DNA of 63,253 bases, counting the filler, from Dugesia japonica (Eukaryota), in NCBI GenBank assembly GCA_001938525.1. It is 6 parts of 6 records of this genome, joined end to end, with 100 filler letters (N's around TTAATTAATTAA, not from the genome) between each part and the next. Parts side by side here need not be neighbours in the genome. Positions count along the whole stretch, not along the records: positions 19,833 to 29,721 come from MQRL01611001.1; positions 29,822 to 43,488 come from MQRL01591460.1; 4 more parts are not named here. The stretch is one strand, 5' to 3'. Below, piece after piece: positions 27,560-39,700 of this stretch. The notes beneath the pieces are model-generated. The model saw nothing but the letters and a program-made list of their open reading frames with translations, was not told where the DNA came from and searched no databases. The position numbers and the translations under genes were made by a program. How positions within the stretch are numbered: the stretch's first letter is position 1; every line of letters begins with the position of its first letter.

Positions 27560-27980
27560 AAGAAATGATGCTGCATATCAAATTTTCGGTCCCAGTGGTA
27601 GTGGAAAAACACTGTTTGTATGCAAATTATTGAAATACAATTTACTTAAATCAAAATTCAATAAAATTTACTGGCATTGAGGGACAAATGAAGAGCATGG
27701 ATTGACTCAATCAAGTTTTCTAATATAAAAGTGAAAATTAAAAATGGGTGTGATGATAATTGGAGCAAGAGATTGAAACCAGATGGTATAATTGTTGATG
27801 ATGATCTATACCAAGAAGCAAACAAGGAAAAGGACTTTAACAATTCATTTACAACAACAACAAGACATTGTAATGTGACTGTGATTTTCACTTCTCAAAA
27901 TCTATTTCATCAAGAAGGCGATCATAGAACTCGTAATTTAAATGTACAATGATTTTATTTAAAAATCCAAAAGATAAAAC
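27560..27980 (+). pseudogene. Polinton/Maverick A32/FtsK-like DNA packaging ATPase relic
   Basis: QIFGPSGSGKTLFV (Walker A), GIIVDDDL (Walker B), TRHCNVTVIFTSQNLF, RTRNLNVQ and LFKNPKDK; stops and frameshifts present. Confidence 0.85.
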
Positions 27981-28004
27981 ATGTAAGTACAGAGAAAGTA
28001 TTAA

Positions 28005-28095
28005 ATCCTATTGTATTCAATAGAGTGGGATTTCAAGATCCATTTACAACAACCTATGGAGAGCATTGCTTATTGTGGTTGAAATATCAATATTG
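28005..28095 (+). pseudogene. Polinton adenain-like cysteine protease, C-terminal fragment
   Basis: VFNRVGFQDPFTTTYGEHCLLWLKY resembles the N..Q...S..CG.HC motif; the catalytic Cys position reads Tyr (TAT). Confidence 0.6.
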
Positions 28096-29821
28096 TTATA
28101 TGAAACAAATGTTTTTAATCAAAAATTATGTATTCGCTTGATTTGTAGTTAGTAGGTAGATAGTGGCGCACTGGAACAAAGACTTTTTTCAAACCCCCCC
28201 CGTCAGAAATTTTTTTTTCCAACCGATTTTTTTTGATTTATTTTTTATTTTATTTTATTTTATTATTTTTTTTGAAAAGCAGGTCAAGGTCAAGTTAAGA
28301 AATTGCTATGGCAACGAAATTGATATGGTTGGATGCGCAATGAGACGGTCGACAAGGTGGTGTCTTTAAATGTGTAATCTGATTCATAGGTAAAAGGTTA
28401 TTTAATATTTAAACAACAAAAACGGCATACAGGCGCCATTTTGAATTTTACAAAGTTGTATATTATTGGATAGACAATTAAAAACTGTCTATACATTACA
28501 TAAAGGACTACTATCGTAGAGTGCTTTGTTTTCGCGGCATTTTGAAAAAACTAACAAAGAACCCACTCGTCGAGTGGCCAAAATAAAGATGCTATGAAAA
28601 CGATTTTTTCCAGTATGATGCAAAATTAAATTCTAAGATCAATNNNNNNNNNNNNNNNNNNNNNNNNNNNNNNNNNNNNNNNNNNNNNNNNNNTTTTTTT
28701 GAAAAGCAGGTCAAGGTCAAGTTAAGAAATTGCTATGGCAACGAAATTGATATGGTTGGATGCGCAAAGAGACGGTCGACATGATGGTGTCTTTAAATGT
28801 GTAATCTGATTCATAGGTAAAAGGTTATTTAATATTTAAACAACAAAAACGGCCTACAGGCGCCATTTTGAATTTTACAAAGTTGTATACTATTGGATAG
28901 ACAATTAAAAACTGTCTATACATAACATAAAGGACTACTATCGTAGAGCGCTTTGTTTTCGCAGCATTTTGAAAAAACTAACAAAGAACTCGAGTGGCCA
29001 AAATAAAGATGCTATGAAAACGATTTTTTCCAGTATGATGCAAAATTAAATTCTAAGATCAATGGCGGAAGTTAAAATTTTGTAGGACATAAATTTAAAA
29101 CGTTATTAAGGTTTAAAAATTCTGAAATTTTTTAAAGAGGCGCCAGTTTCAATTTTTTCCATTACTGTTGTTTTGATTTTGGTTTTATTCAATAGAGAAT
29201 TGAAAGTTGTATATAATCATTAAAAATTAAATTTTAAAAATATTGTTTCCTAGCAGTAAAATTAAAAAAACCAGAAATTTAAAATTTGGGNNNNNNNNNN
29301 NNNNNNNNNNNNNNNNNNNNNNNNNNNNNNNNNNNNNNNNNNNNNNNNNNNNATTGCTTAAAGGACTAGTATCGAAAAATGGTTGCTTCATGGCGTAAAT
29401 TGCGATTATAGTGTAGTAGGTAGATTGTTGCGCACTGGAACAAAGACTTTTAAAAATTTAAAATATTGAATACTTTCTCTGTACTTACATGTTTTATCTT
29501 TTAGATTTTTAAATAAAATCATTGTACATTGGATACATGCTATGATGACAAAATTGATATCGTTGGAATCGTAATGAGATGACGGACATAACTGTCATCA
29601 CGGAATTTCAATCCGACGTATTGGTGAGGAGTTTCTAAAGATTTTATAATTTAAATTTTAAAAACCTTGTACAGGTGTGGAATGTTAATATCTTGACTCG
29701 ATTTTGATATTATCTGATAGANNNNNNNNNNNNNNNNNNNNNNNNNNNNNNNNNNNNNNNNNNNNTTAATTAATTAANNNNNNNNNNNNNNNNNNNNNNN
29801 NNNNNNNNNNNNNNNNNNNNN

Positions 29822-29955
29822 TTTTTTTTGTTTTTGATAATAATTCTAATTTTCGACTTTGCCTTCGTCAGGAAGAAGTTAATTCCTGACAAAGACAAAG
29901 TCGAAAATTAGAATCAAGAACAAAAATAAATTTTTATCGAAGCTTTAATTTTAAA
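29822..29955. ncRNA. Palindromic repeat with two opposed minimal hammerhead ribozyme motifs
   Basis: Minus strand 29842-29876: cttc-CTGACGA-a-GGC-aaa-GTC-GAAA-AT-TA-gaatt. The plus-strand copy 29881-29915 has a core substitution (CTGACAA). Confidence 0.6.
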
Positions 29956-30794
29956 GTAATTCTTTATTAGTATTTAATTTAAAGCACCCGAATTTCTGGA
30001 ATTTTTCCAGAATTATCCAGTGAAAAGTACAACCGAGTCCAAGCAACTAATTTCTTTAACATTTCGTCACGAATATAGCAGTATTTTAATGATTTAAATA
30101 TGCCATTTTCACTAAAAGTTTCTTTCAGACATTTTGTCGACAACTAATCTATAACAAACAAAACTCTATAACACAATACATAGGGATCATTATCTGAAGC
30201 AAAATGGTATTGCAGTTGTGAGGTAACTTTTGACTATGGATAAGAGCGATAGCGACACCATTCTTTCGTAACTGACTTTTGTAAGATTAGCATAATTCGA
30301 TATAAAACCAAGGATAAACTGAAACTATTAACTCCAAATTTATACAAGAATTAGTAATAGTGCAAAAGAACATGATAACTCGACTATATAACCAAATAAA
30401 GTACATTCAAAAAAATTCATAATTAATTTGTGTTCAAAAAAAGCTGTTAAAACAAAATTAAAATACTCATTTTAAGATTGATCGTCAATAATAACATCGG
30501 CACAATCTGGGAAAAATCGTGTTTTTTTATTTTCTTTTAACCAACTTTGGAATTCGTAATATCTCAAGTATATCAATATTACAGTACTTTTGACGCTCAT
30601 TACAAAAGCTAGTATTAAAAAGAATAAAAATGTTGACTGGAATAAAATTATCAAAATATAAGATGTCGAAAAAACATCAAAATATTAAGAAATTGATTTA
30701 TAATAAAATGATAAAGCTAAATCTAGAACATTTAATAAATCAAATTTGACAATTGAACATTAAAAATTGAGATTTACAAATATTTATTGACAAA

Positions 30795-31256
30795 TTAATC
30801 AAGCATTCCATCAAGAAAATCTAAAGTAGGACTAATGCTTATAAAATCATTTAAATGAACTCTAGTAATTGTTTTTTTATTAGATAATTGAGCAAAATAT
30901 GCAGCGCCTTTGACAATATCCCGAATAAAATATTCTGTAGCTTTATTAATAAGTGAAATAGAATCATTATTTATAACTCCAATTTCGCTATTTAACTTAA
31001 TTATTGTTTTGATTCGAGATTTAGGGAAAATTAACATTTTCTCTTTGACTTCATTAATATTTTCACTCGTATTAGCTTCAGTATCATTATATTTTTCTTC
31101 TGATTGAGCATCTTGAAAATTAAATTGATTATCTTGATCTAAATTTTCTGAATCTACATTTTTATTTAAATTATCATTTTCAAATAACTGTTCTTCTTTT
31201 TCATATTCTACAGAATCATCACTTAATTGTACATCATCAATGTCAATATCACTCAT
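30795..31256 (-). CDS. POLE4: DNA polymerase epsilon subunit 4 (H2A-like histone fold) with acidic N-terminal extension
   Basis: Single-exon 153-aa ORF with FPKSRIKTIIK..KATEYFIRDIVK..KKTITR..LDFLDGMLD. The C-terminus matches POLE4 FAFLEGTLD better than CHRAC1. Confidence 0.85.
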   Translation of the reverse strand: MSDIDIDDVQLSDDSVEYEKEEQLFENDNLNKNVDSENLDQDNQFNFQDAQSEEKYNDTEANTSENINEVKEKMLIFPKSRIKTIIKLNSEIGVINNDSISLINKATEYFIRDIVKGAAYFAQLSNKKTITRVHLNDFISISPTLDFLDGMLD

Positions 31257-33720
31257 TTTTTACGGTTGAAATCTAAAAATAATCTAAAGACAATTTAAAA
31301 TTTGATTTTATTTAAGATATTATTTAAACAAGTAATTTAATCATCCATAAATCATACATACATAATAAAGTTAAAAAAACAGTTTACTGAATAAAAAATA
31401 TCAAATGTTATGATAATATTATAAACAAATTGGAAATTTCAATATTTTCATTATGCAATTATGCAAGGTAATTGTTCTATTTTAAACTATTGAAAAAACA
31501 ATCGTAGAAATACATAATTGCCAGAATAAAATGTGTTACTTGATAATTTTGATGTTGTATAGTGTGGTGGTAAGAAATATTGATTGATAAATTTGGAGTA
31601 GTACATCAACAAAGTAATAATAATTTGTCTCATAATATTTTTAACAACAGAAAGTTATCATAATATGTCTTATAATAATTTTNNNNNNNNNNNNNNNNNN
31701 NNNNNNNNNNNNNNNNNNNNNNNNNNNNNNNNNNNNNNNNNNNNNNNNNNNNNNNNNNNNNNNNNNNNNNNNNNNNNNNNNNNNNNNNNNNNNNNNNNNN
31801 NNNNNNNNNNNNNNNNNNNNNNNNNNNNNNNNNNNNNNNNNNNNNNNNNNNNNNNNNACCAATTTTTATTGACTTTAATCTAACGTTGAATAATTATATC
31901 AATTTTATTTGTTCAGAAATTTTTAAAACTTTTAAGATTCTTTTTTAAATTTTTTAAGATGATTAAATAATATTTTTATCTAACATAACTCGTAATTATT
32001 AAATATTGAAAGTCATTAATTTGATAATTGTTTTACATCTGTGCATTATCAAGTGAATACTTTAGAATAATATGATTCCCAGTAACGAAATTGAAACGAA
32101 TCAAACCCTACTTAAATTGTCATAAAGTTACCTTAACTGCAATGAGTTGAGAAGTGAGAAACCCCACAGACAACATGTTATAAGTTCTGCCCCGAGGCGT
32201 CTCATTTTTTTGCTCGTATCAAATCATCTTAAAATTCTAAATCAAAATGTTATATTAATAGATATGAAATTAGTGATCTACTTTTAAAAGGTTTAATTTA
32301 GTAATAACCCGAAATAGTTCCCTTTAGGAACCAATTATGTCCTTGAATGAATGGAGTTTCACCACGCCACCACCGAACCAGATGACAGCCTTATATTACT
32401 CTTGGAGTGACTTCAAGATCCTTGGTGGAAAAACCAAGACAAGACACCAAAGATCAGAAACAAGAAATTGTAGAGTTAAAGATAAAATTGCACAAAAAAT
32501 AGAGGAGGTCGTGCGACGTGAACAGGACTAGTGAAGACAAAACTAAGCGCTGAAAGATCTGGTTTATTTTAAATCTCTAAATATACTAATAAAATCATAA
32601 AAAGATATTTGTTTATTCTACAAAATGTCTGTTCGAATCGCGAAACTGACAAGAGAAGAATTGGTAATAGAGAAACAAAATAATCAGGCAGAACTGAAAC
32701 GGCTCAGAAAAAAAGCTTCGAGAGACCAGAGACAAAAATGCAGTGTTGAAAAAGAAAATTACAGGTTTACGAGAATGGGTCGACAAGGAAAACTCATCCT
32801 CATGGCTAACAATCATATGTTCGCTGAAACTGCAAAGAGCTTTGCTGATCAAGAGGCAGTATTAGTCAATGTCTGGACTTTATGGAAAGAGTTTGAGAGC
32901 AAAAAGACGGTAGAAAGCACGGGGTACATCATGACAGGTTTTCGGAAGGAAAACATCAAAACCTCGAAGCCCAAAGAAATAATCAATAAAATAAACCATG
33001 TATCATGATTGACATTAAAAACCTAACACATAAATATGAAATTAATAGAGGAAAAATATGACAAAATATTGAAATGAGAAGCTAATGTACAAAATTTGGG
33101 AAAAAACCCAAAATAGAAAATATAGGCGAAAATGCACGTAAAAGAGATATTAATAGGTTATTTATATAAAACCATAAAACTGAAATATATTACCTGTTAA
33201 AAAGCCTGAAAAATAATACACTTGAAATTACAAACTCAAAACCATATAAAATTTATTAATGAGTGAAAAAGAGGAGATCAATGTCTGTTACTTTAGGAAT
33301 AAAGAACAAGTGAATATCTTTAAGGGCGACAAGCTGAAGAATTGTCAAGATGACAGAATTAAAAATGGAAAATAATTTTTCACAAGTAACTATATAGCGA
33401 ATTTCAAAATATGTTTTTTAGGTTTTAGTTTTGGTGCTTAATAGTTAATAAATTAAAAATAACATGTTAAGAACAATATCTGAGGGCATAATTCGCTTTT
33501 GAAAAGAGGTAATAAATTTTTAAGATAAATAAAAAACTACTAATCTTTTTAATTTCATTAATGTATGTATTATCTCATCTGAGTCAAAAGAATCATCAGT
33601 TAAATTTTTTAGTTTTATTTTCTGAAATTAAATTTTTATTTATAATTTTGATATTTTTAATTTATTAAAAAATTTGTTATAATAAATTTAGTCTTTAATT
33701 TATTATTTAAATTAATTTAG

Positions 33721-36700
33721 ATGGCAGAATATACTGATAAAGAAATTAGAAACATATTAAAAAGTTATGGTGAAGAAATCGGTCCTATAACTGATACAAC
33801 TAGAAATATTTACTTGAAAAAAATTAAAAGCCTTCAAAAAAGCAATGTAATAATATAATTTTCTATTATTAGCTACTTTGATGAATTTTTAATTCAGCCA
33901 ACAAAAAAAGTAAGAAAATCAGAACCTACTTTTGCAAGCAAACCAAATTGGACACCACCTAAAATAAATGAACCACAAACACCAATATCAAATAATAGTC
34001 AATATACAAATTTAGATCGAAATATTAGAAAAGAACCAAATCTAAATCCAACAACTCAACATGTTAATGCTTTTGGAAGTATCAGTGATTCTCCTGTAAC
34101 AAAAAAGTTTACAAATAACAAAGTTCCCGAACCAATTTTCATTAACAAAAGTGATCGTAAACCTTTCAGATATTCTTTAGTGAGTACAGATAGACAAATT
34201 AATAATGAAGATAATTACTGTAAAGAATTCAAAGGAAGAGTAATTTCACCAATTTCATTGTCAAAAAGCTACGAAAATAATTATCCACCGCCGGAACAAG
34301 TTACAAGTTTTATAAATCAATATCCCACTGAAAGAAATTTTCCTCAAATAAATGGAAATAATAAAAAAAATTGGTATAATGGTTCTTTGAATACAATATC
34401 CAATTATTTCGTAAAACATAAACAACGTGGGGATCTTATGGATATTTCAGACGGAGATTTATCCGATAATGAAAGTCCTTTCATGACAAGGTTAAGAAAA
34501 AAATATTGGAAAAGAAATGGTTCGTTAANTTTGTTGTTTTTTTCAATAATAAATTAAATTAATATTCAAATATGAAAATTCACTTTTATTAAATTTAAGA
34601 ATTAAGACGATAAAAATTATTAAAAATTTCTTCTTTAATTATTTTAAAAGATTTTTTCTTAATTTTGAAAAATTTATTTTTACTTTAAAGTTTTATGTAG
34701 CAAATAATTTTTCAATATTGTCTAGAAATAATATCATGTGATTCAGACGTACTTTTAGTTGGTCTCAATTGCTGTCTTTTCATTAGAAAATTAGGATCCG
34801 TTTATTTTAAAAATTCATTAAAATATTAAAATTTTTTTAATAACGAAATTTTTTTTGAAAATTTGCATAAACATTTTAGGAGATTTTGCGTACCGAGAGA
34901 GAGATAGAGGGTGGTTGGATTTAGGAGATTTTGCGTACAGAGAGAGAGAGAGAAGGTGGTTGGATTGAGGAGATTTTGCGTACCGAGAGAGAGAGAGGGT
35001 GGTTGGATTTAGAAGATTTTGCGTACGGAGAGAGAGGTGGTTGGATTGAGGAGATTTTGTATACCGAGAGAGATAGTGTGGTTGGATTTAGAAGATTTTG
35101 CGTACCGAGAGAGAGATAGAGGGTGGTTGGATTTAGGAGATTTTGCGTACAGAGAGAGAAAAGGTGGTTGGATTGAGGAGATTTTGCGTACAGAGAAAGA
35201 GAAAGTGGTTGGATTGAGGAGATTTTGCGTACAGAGAAAGAGAAGGTGGTTGGATTGAGGAGATTTTGCGTACAGAGAAAGAGAAGGTGGTTGGATTGAG
35301 GAGATTTTGCGTACCGAGAGAGAGAGAGGGTGATTGGATTTAGGGGATTTTGCGTACAGAGAGAGATAGAGGGTGGTTGTATTTAGGAGATCTTGTATAT
35401 CGAGAGAGAGAGATAGAGGGTGGTTGTATTTAGGAGATCTTGTATATCGAGAGAGAGAGATAGAGGGTGGTTGTATTTAGGAGATCTTGTATATCGAGAG
35501 AGAGATAGAGGGTGGTTGGATTTAGAAGATTTTGCGTACCGAGAGAGAGAAGATGGTTGGATTTAAGAGATTTAGTGTACCGAGATAGAGAAGGTGGTTG
35601 GATTTAGGAGATTTTGCGTACAGATAGTTGGATAGAGGGTTGTTGAATTGAGGAGATTTGGCGTACCGAGAGAGAGAGAGAGATAGAGGGTTGTTGGATT
35701 TAGGAGATTTAGCGTACCGAGATAGAGAAGGTGGTTGGATTTAGGAGATTTTGCGTATCTAAAGGAANNNNNNNNNNNNNNNNNNNNNNNNNNNNNNNNN
35801 NNNNNNNNNNNNNNNNNNNNNNNNNNNNNNNNNNNNNNNNNNNNNNNNNNNNNNNNNNNNNTAAAGTTTCATTCAGATTTAAATGAGTGAGCCTTCAAAA
35901 AACTAATCGCCACGACCGGAACTTATTTTTGTTCGGAACTCAAGGCTCAACCGTCACATTAAATTATTTCTTTTACGTTAAGTTTTCTTTAACATTTTAT
36001 CAAATCTAGAGGAAACTCGAAAATATAAATAGTGCGTCGTGAAACATTTCAATGTGTGTGTCTGTGTGTGTCGTGATTCAATACAGATTGGATAACGCCT
36101 TGTTAACCAATGCTTTGTTTTAAATATGAATTACGGGCCATCCATACATTACGTACACAAAACACTCATATTTTAATACCACTTGCCTCTCTGTTGCATC
36201 AGGTAGATATTTTGGACCCCCAGTTTGTGTANNNNNNNNNNNNNNNNNNNNNNNNNNNNNNNNNNNNNNNNNNNNNNNNNNNNNNNNNNNNNNNNNNNNN
36301 NNNNNNNNNNNNNNNNNNNNNNNNNNNNNTTTGTGTACGCACAAATGAGCTTCTTCTCTACTCGAATCTTGTTTGCAAAACACTCATATTTTAATACCAC
36401 TTGTCTCTCTGTTGCATCAGGTAGATATTTTGGACCCCCAGTTTGTGTACGCACAAATGAGCTTCTTATCTACTCGAATCTTGCTTGCAAAACACTCATA
36501 TTTTAATACCACCTGCCTCTCTGTTGCATCAGGTAGATATTTTGGACCCCCAGTTTGTGTACGCACAAATGAGCTTCTTCTCTACTCGAATCTTACGAAT
36601 ATTACGATTAATTTCGCTTCAGTGGTAATTTATAGGTTAATGAACATTTACTAGCTAAAACATTGAGTTGTAATAATAAAATTGTGATTTAAGTTAATAC

Positions 36701-39700
36701 AAAAGCTTTATAATAATACACAGTTTTATTGAACAAAGCACAATACTCAGGACAACACATGAACCTATTGGATATTGCAGGTATTGGAACACAACTGACT
36801 ATCTACAAACTTAATTCTTTATATTTTCTTCTAGTCCAGATTCCAAATATTTCTTATCTTTCACTATAAAATAAGTTATATAAATTTCCCATATTTTCCG
36901 AGAGCTTCTCTTTATCGCTGAAAAAATCCACAATTTTATCTACATTGGTAATCTTATTGATTGTAATAATTCCAATAATTAAATGTGGGAACAGAACATG
37001 TTCATGTTGGACCGAGTAATTCTTGAAATCTTTTATAATATTTCCTTCTTCAAACTTAAAATTGTCATTTTCAATCTTTACAGTCATTATTTCTAAAAAA
37101 ATAGTGAATGGTAACTTATAAGACAACCGGAATTGCTTATTCTTTGGAAAATTTGTTACACATTAAGGTTACCTATATTACAATTGGAATTATTGCGAGA
37201 ATAATTGTTGGAAATAACCATTGATTGCTTTTCAGAATTCATTAAAATAAAAGCTTCAATCAAAATTTTTTTTTTTTTGGTTTTTGATAATAATTCTATA
37301 TTTCGACTTTGTCTTCGTCAGGAAAAAGTCAATTCCTGACGAAGAAAAAGTCGAAATATAGAATTATTATCAAAAACCAAAAAAAAACAAGAACAAATTT
37401 TGATCAAAACTTTTATTTTAATAAATTTTAACTATATTAATCTATTGTTAATATATAAGTAAATTGATTTTAATTTTCTCTGAAATNNNNNNNNNNNNNN
37501 NNAAAACACAATCTACATTTTTTATTCAATAAATCTTACTGTAAAATAAATTATCCTGGTATTTGGTACGATGATCTGCTTTGATGTATTTAGTTTACCA
37601 ACAAATACAGTACAATAATAATAAATCAATTGAAACTCTTGTCTGTATCTATAATCTGAGTATGAACGTTAAAAGTTTATATTTTAACAAAAATTCTAAC
37701 ACCAAATATATATTCAATTTATTAATATCAATTAGCAACAAAATATCTGTAACCTAAAATATCGATTGATTACATAGAGATTTTCTACGAATTTTCAAAA
37801 ATAATGCCTCGATTAACAATCTGATAAAAATTTAGACGCTAATAATTCCAAGCTGGAACCGAAAACATTGAAAAAAACCGATTCAATTTTCACGAATTTA
37901 AATCAGTTACCAAATATTCTATTGGTGGGTGTTATAATCTGCATAGTAGTCGTGTTTTTTGGCTATTTTATGATGAAGAGCCGATATTCACATATCGAAC
38001 TCGATATTGCAATCGATAATTTGATTTGCAAAAATGATTTGTTGCATAAAAACTGTTTCACATCTAAGGAAATACCGAAATTGAAAAAACATCTTGGAAA
38101 ACTTTATGAAATTCTTTCTGAATATTCAGGTGAAAAAACCTGTGAATTTAACACGAATAAAAGGCTATCGTTTACAAAAGCTCGAGATATATTGAATCAT
38201 AAATTGAAACGTGAAAAGCAAGAACCGATTAATGATGATATTTGGGATAAATTAATGAAAATGGTTATTATGTTACCACAAGATAAATTGGAAATTGTTG
38301 GATACTCACATGATCATAAAGTTGTTGAAACTGGCAGGTAAGAGTTGCTTTTATGCATTAATATTTAATATATTAACATGACAACATAGTNNNNNNNNNN
38401 NNNNNNNNNNNNNNNNNNNNNNNNNNNNNNNNNNNNNNNNNNNNNNNNNNNNNNNNNNNNNNNNNNNNNNNNNNNNNNNNNNNNNNNNNNNNNNNNNNNN
38501 NNNNNNNNNNNNNNNNNNNNNNNNNNNNNNNNNNNNNNNNNNNNNNNNNNNNNNNNNNNNNNNNNNNNNNNNNNNNNNNNNNNNNNNNNNNNNNNNNNNN
38601 NNNNNNNNNNNNNNNNNNNNNNNNNNNNNNNNNNNNNNNNNNNNNNNNNNNNNNNNNNNNNNNNNNNNNNNNNNNNNNNNNNNNNNNNNNNNNNNNNNNN
38701 NATATGATTGGATATTAAATTATAAATTAGTTTTATATGATTGGATATTAAATTATAAATTAATTTTATATGATTGGATATTAAATAATAAATTAATTTC
38801 ATATGATTGATTATTAAATGATAAATTAATTTTATATGATTGGATATTAAATTATAAATTAGTTTTATATGATTGGATATTAAATTATAAATTAATTTCA
38901 TATGATTGGATATTAAATAATAAATTAATTTCATATGATTGGATATTAAATAATAAATTAATTTCATATGATTGGATATTAAATGATAAATTAATTTTAT
39001 ATGATTGGATATTAAATAATAAATTAATTTCATATGATTGGATATTAAATTATAAATTAATTTTATATGATTGGATATTAAATGATAAATTTCTTTTAAA
39101 CCCGATTGAAAGATATTTTTTATTACATATTTCAACAGGAAATCTGTCATCTTCAGATATAATATTTTATCCAATGTTTCTCAAAGTTTTTGAATAGAAT
39201 CCCTCTTTTTTATTTATAAGTATACCAATAATCAAAATTTAGCTGTGTATTGTAAATAACACAAATTTCTTTTAACAGCCAACATTGGGTTTTTATTTAA
39301 ACCATATAATTAATATAAAATTGAAAATTATGTCGATTTCGAGAAACAATCTATTTTTTGTTTTGTAGTTCAGTTAACTCAGAAAAGTAAATTTCACACA
39401 AATATGTACTTGGAAACGGTCAAAGTATCGTGAGTGAGCTGTAAGACGAAAATTCCCCTAGTGCAAAACCGATACAAAAAGTCTCTGAACGAAAATCCAT
39501 ATGTCTCAAAGTAGAAAACCGATAAAAATGGCCCCGAGTGCAAAAATAAGACAAAAAATCCCCAGAGTTGACTATTTTATAAATATTTCAATCCTGTTAC
39601 AAAATTATTCAAAAAAAAAAAATTCAACTCCAGAGACTTTGTTTTTTTTCGGTCATTTCGTGAGTGCGATATTTCTTAAATCATGATATTACTGAAAAAA

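Noticed and set aside
28267-29063. Apparent tandem duplication of about 370 bp across a gap
   Set aside because: Same gap-flanking pattern; probably two haplotypes.
31641-31883. ORF-track entries made mostly of X (also 45724-46021 and 50162-50410)
   Set aside because: Artefacts of translating N gaps.
32390-32415. Shared word ctcttggagtgaYttc (SWSDF) with the minus strand near 54262-54280
   Set aside because: Match is about 16-20 bp and does not extend; likely chance.
34877-36594. CRISPR-like array or repeat-protein ORFs
   Set aside because: Units are contiguous with no unique spacers, there are no cas genes, and the context is eukaryotic. The ORFs are satellite translations.
38365-39174. 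269-aa ORF with 11-aa repeats (KLIYxLISNH)
   Set aside because: Translation of a 33-bp minisatellite plus N gap, antisense within an intron; no evidence of coding.
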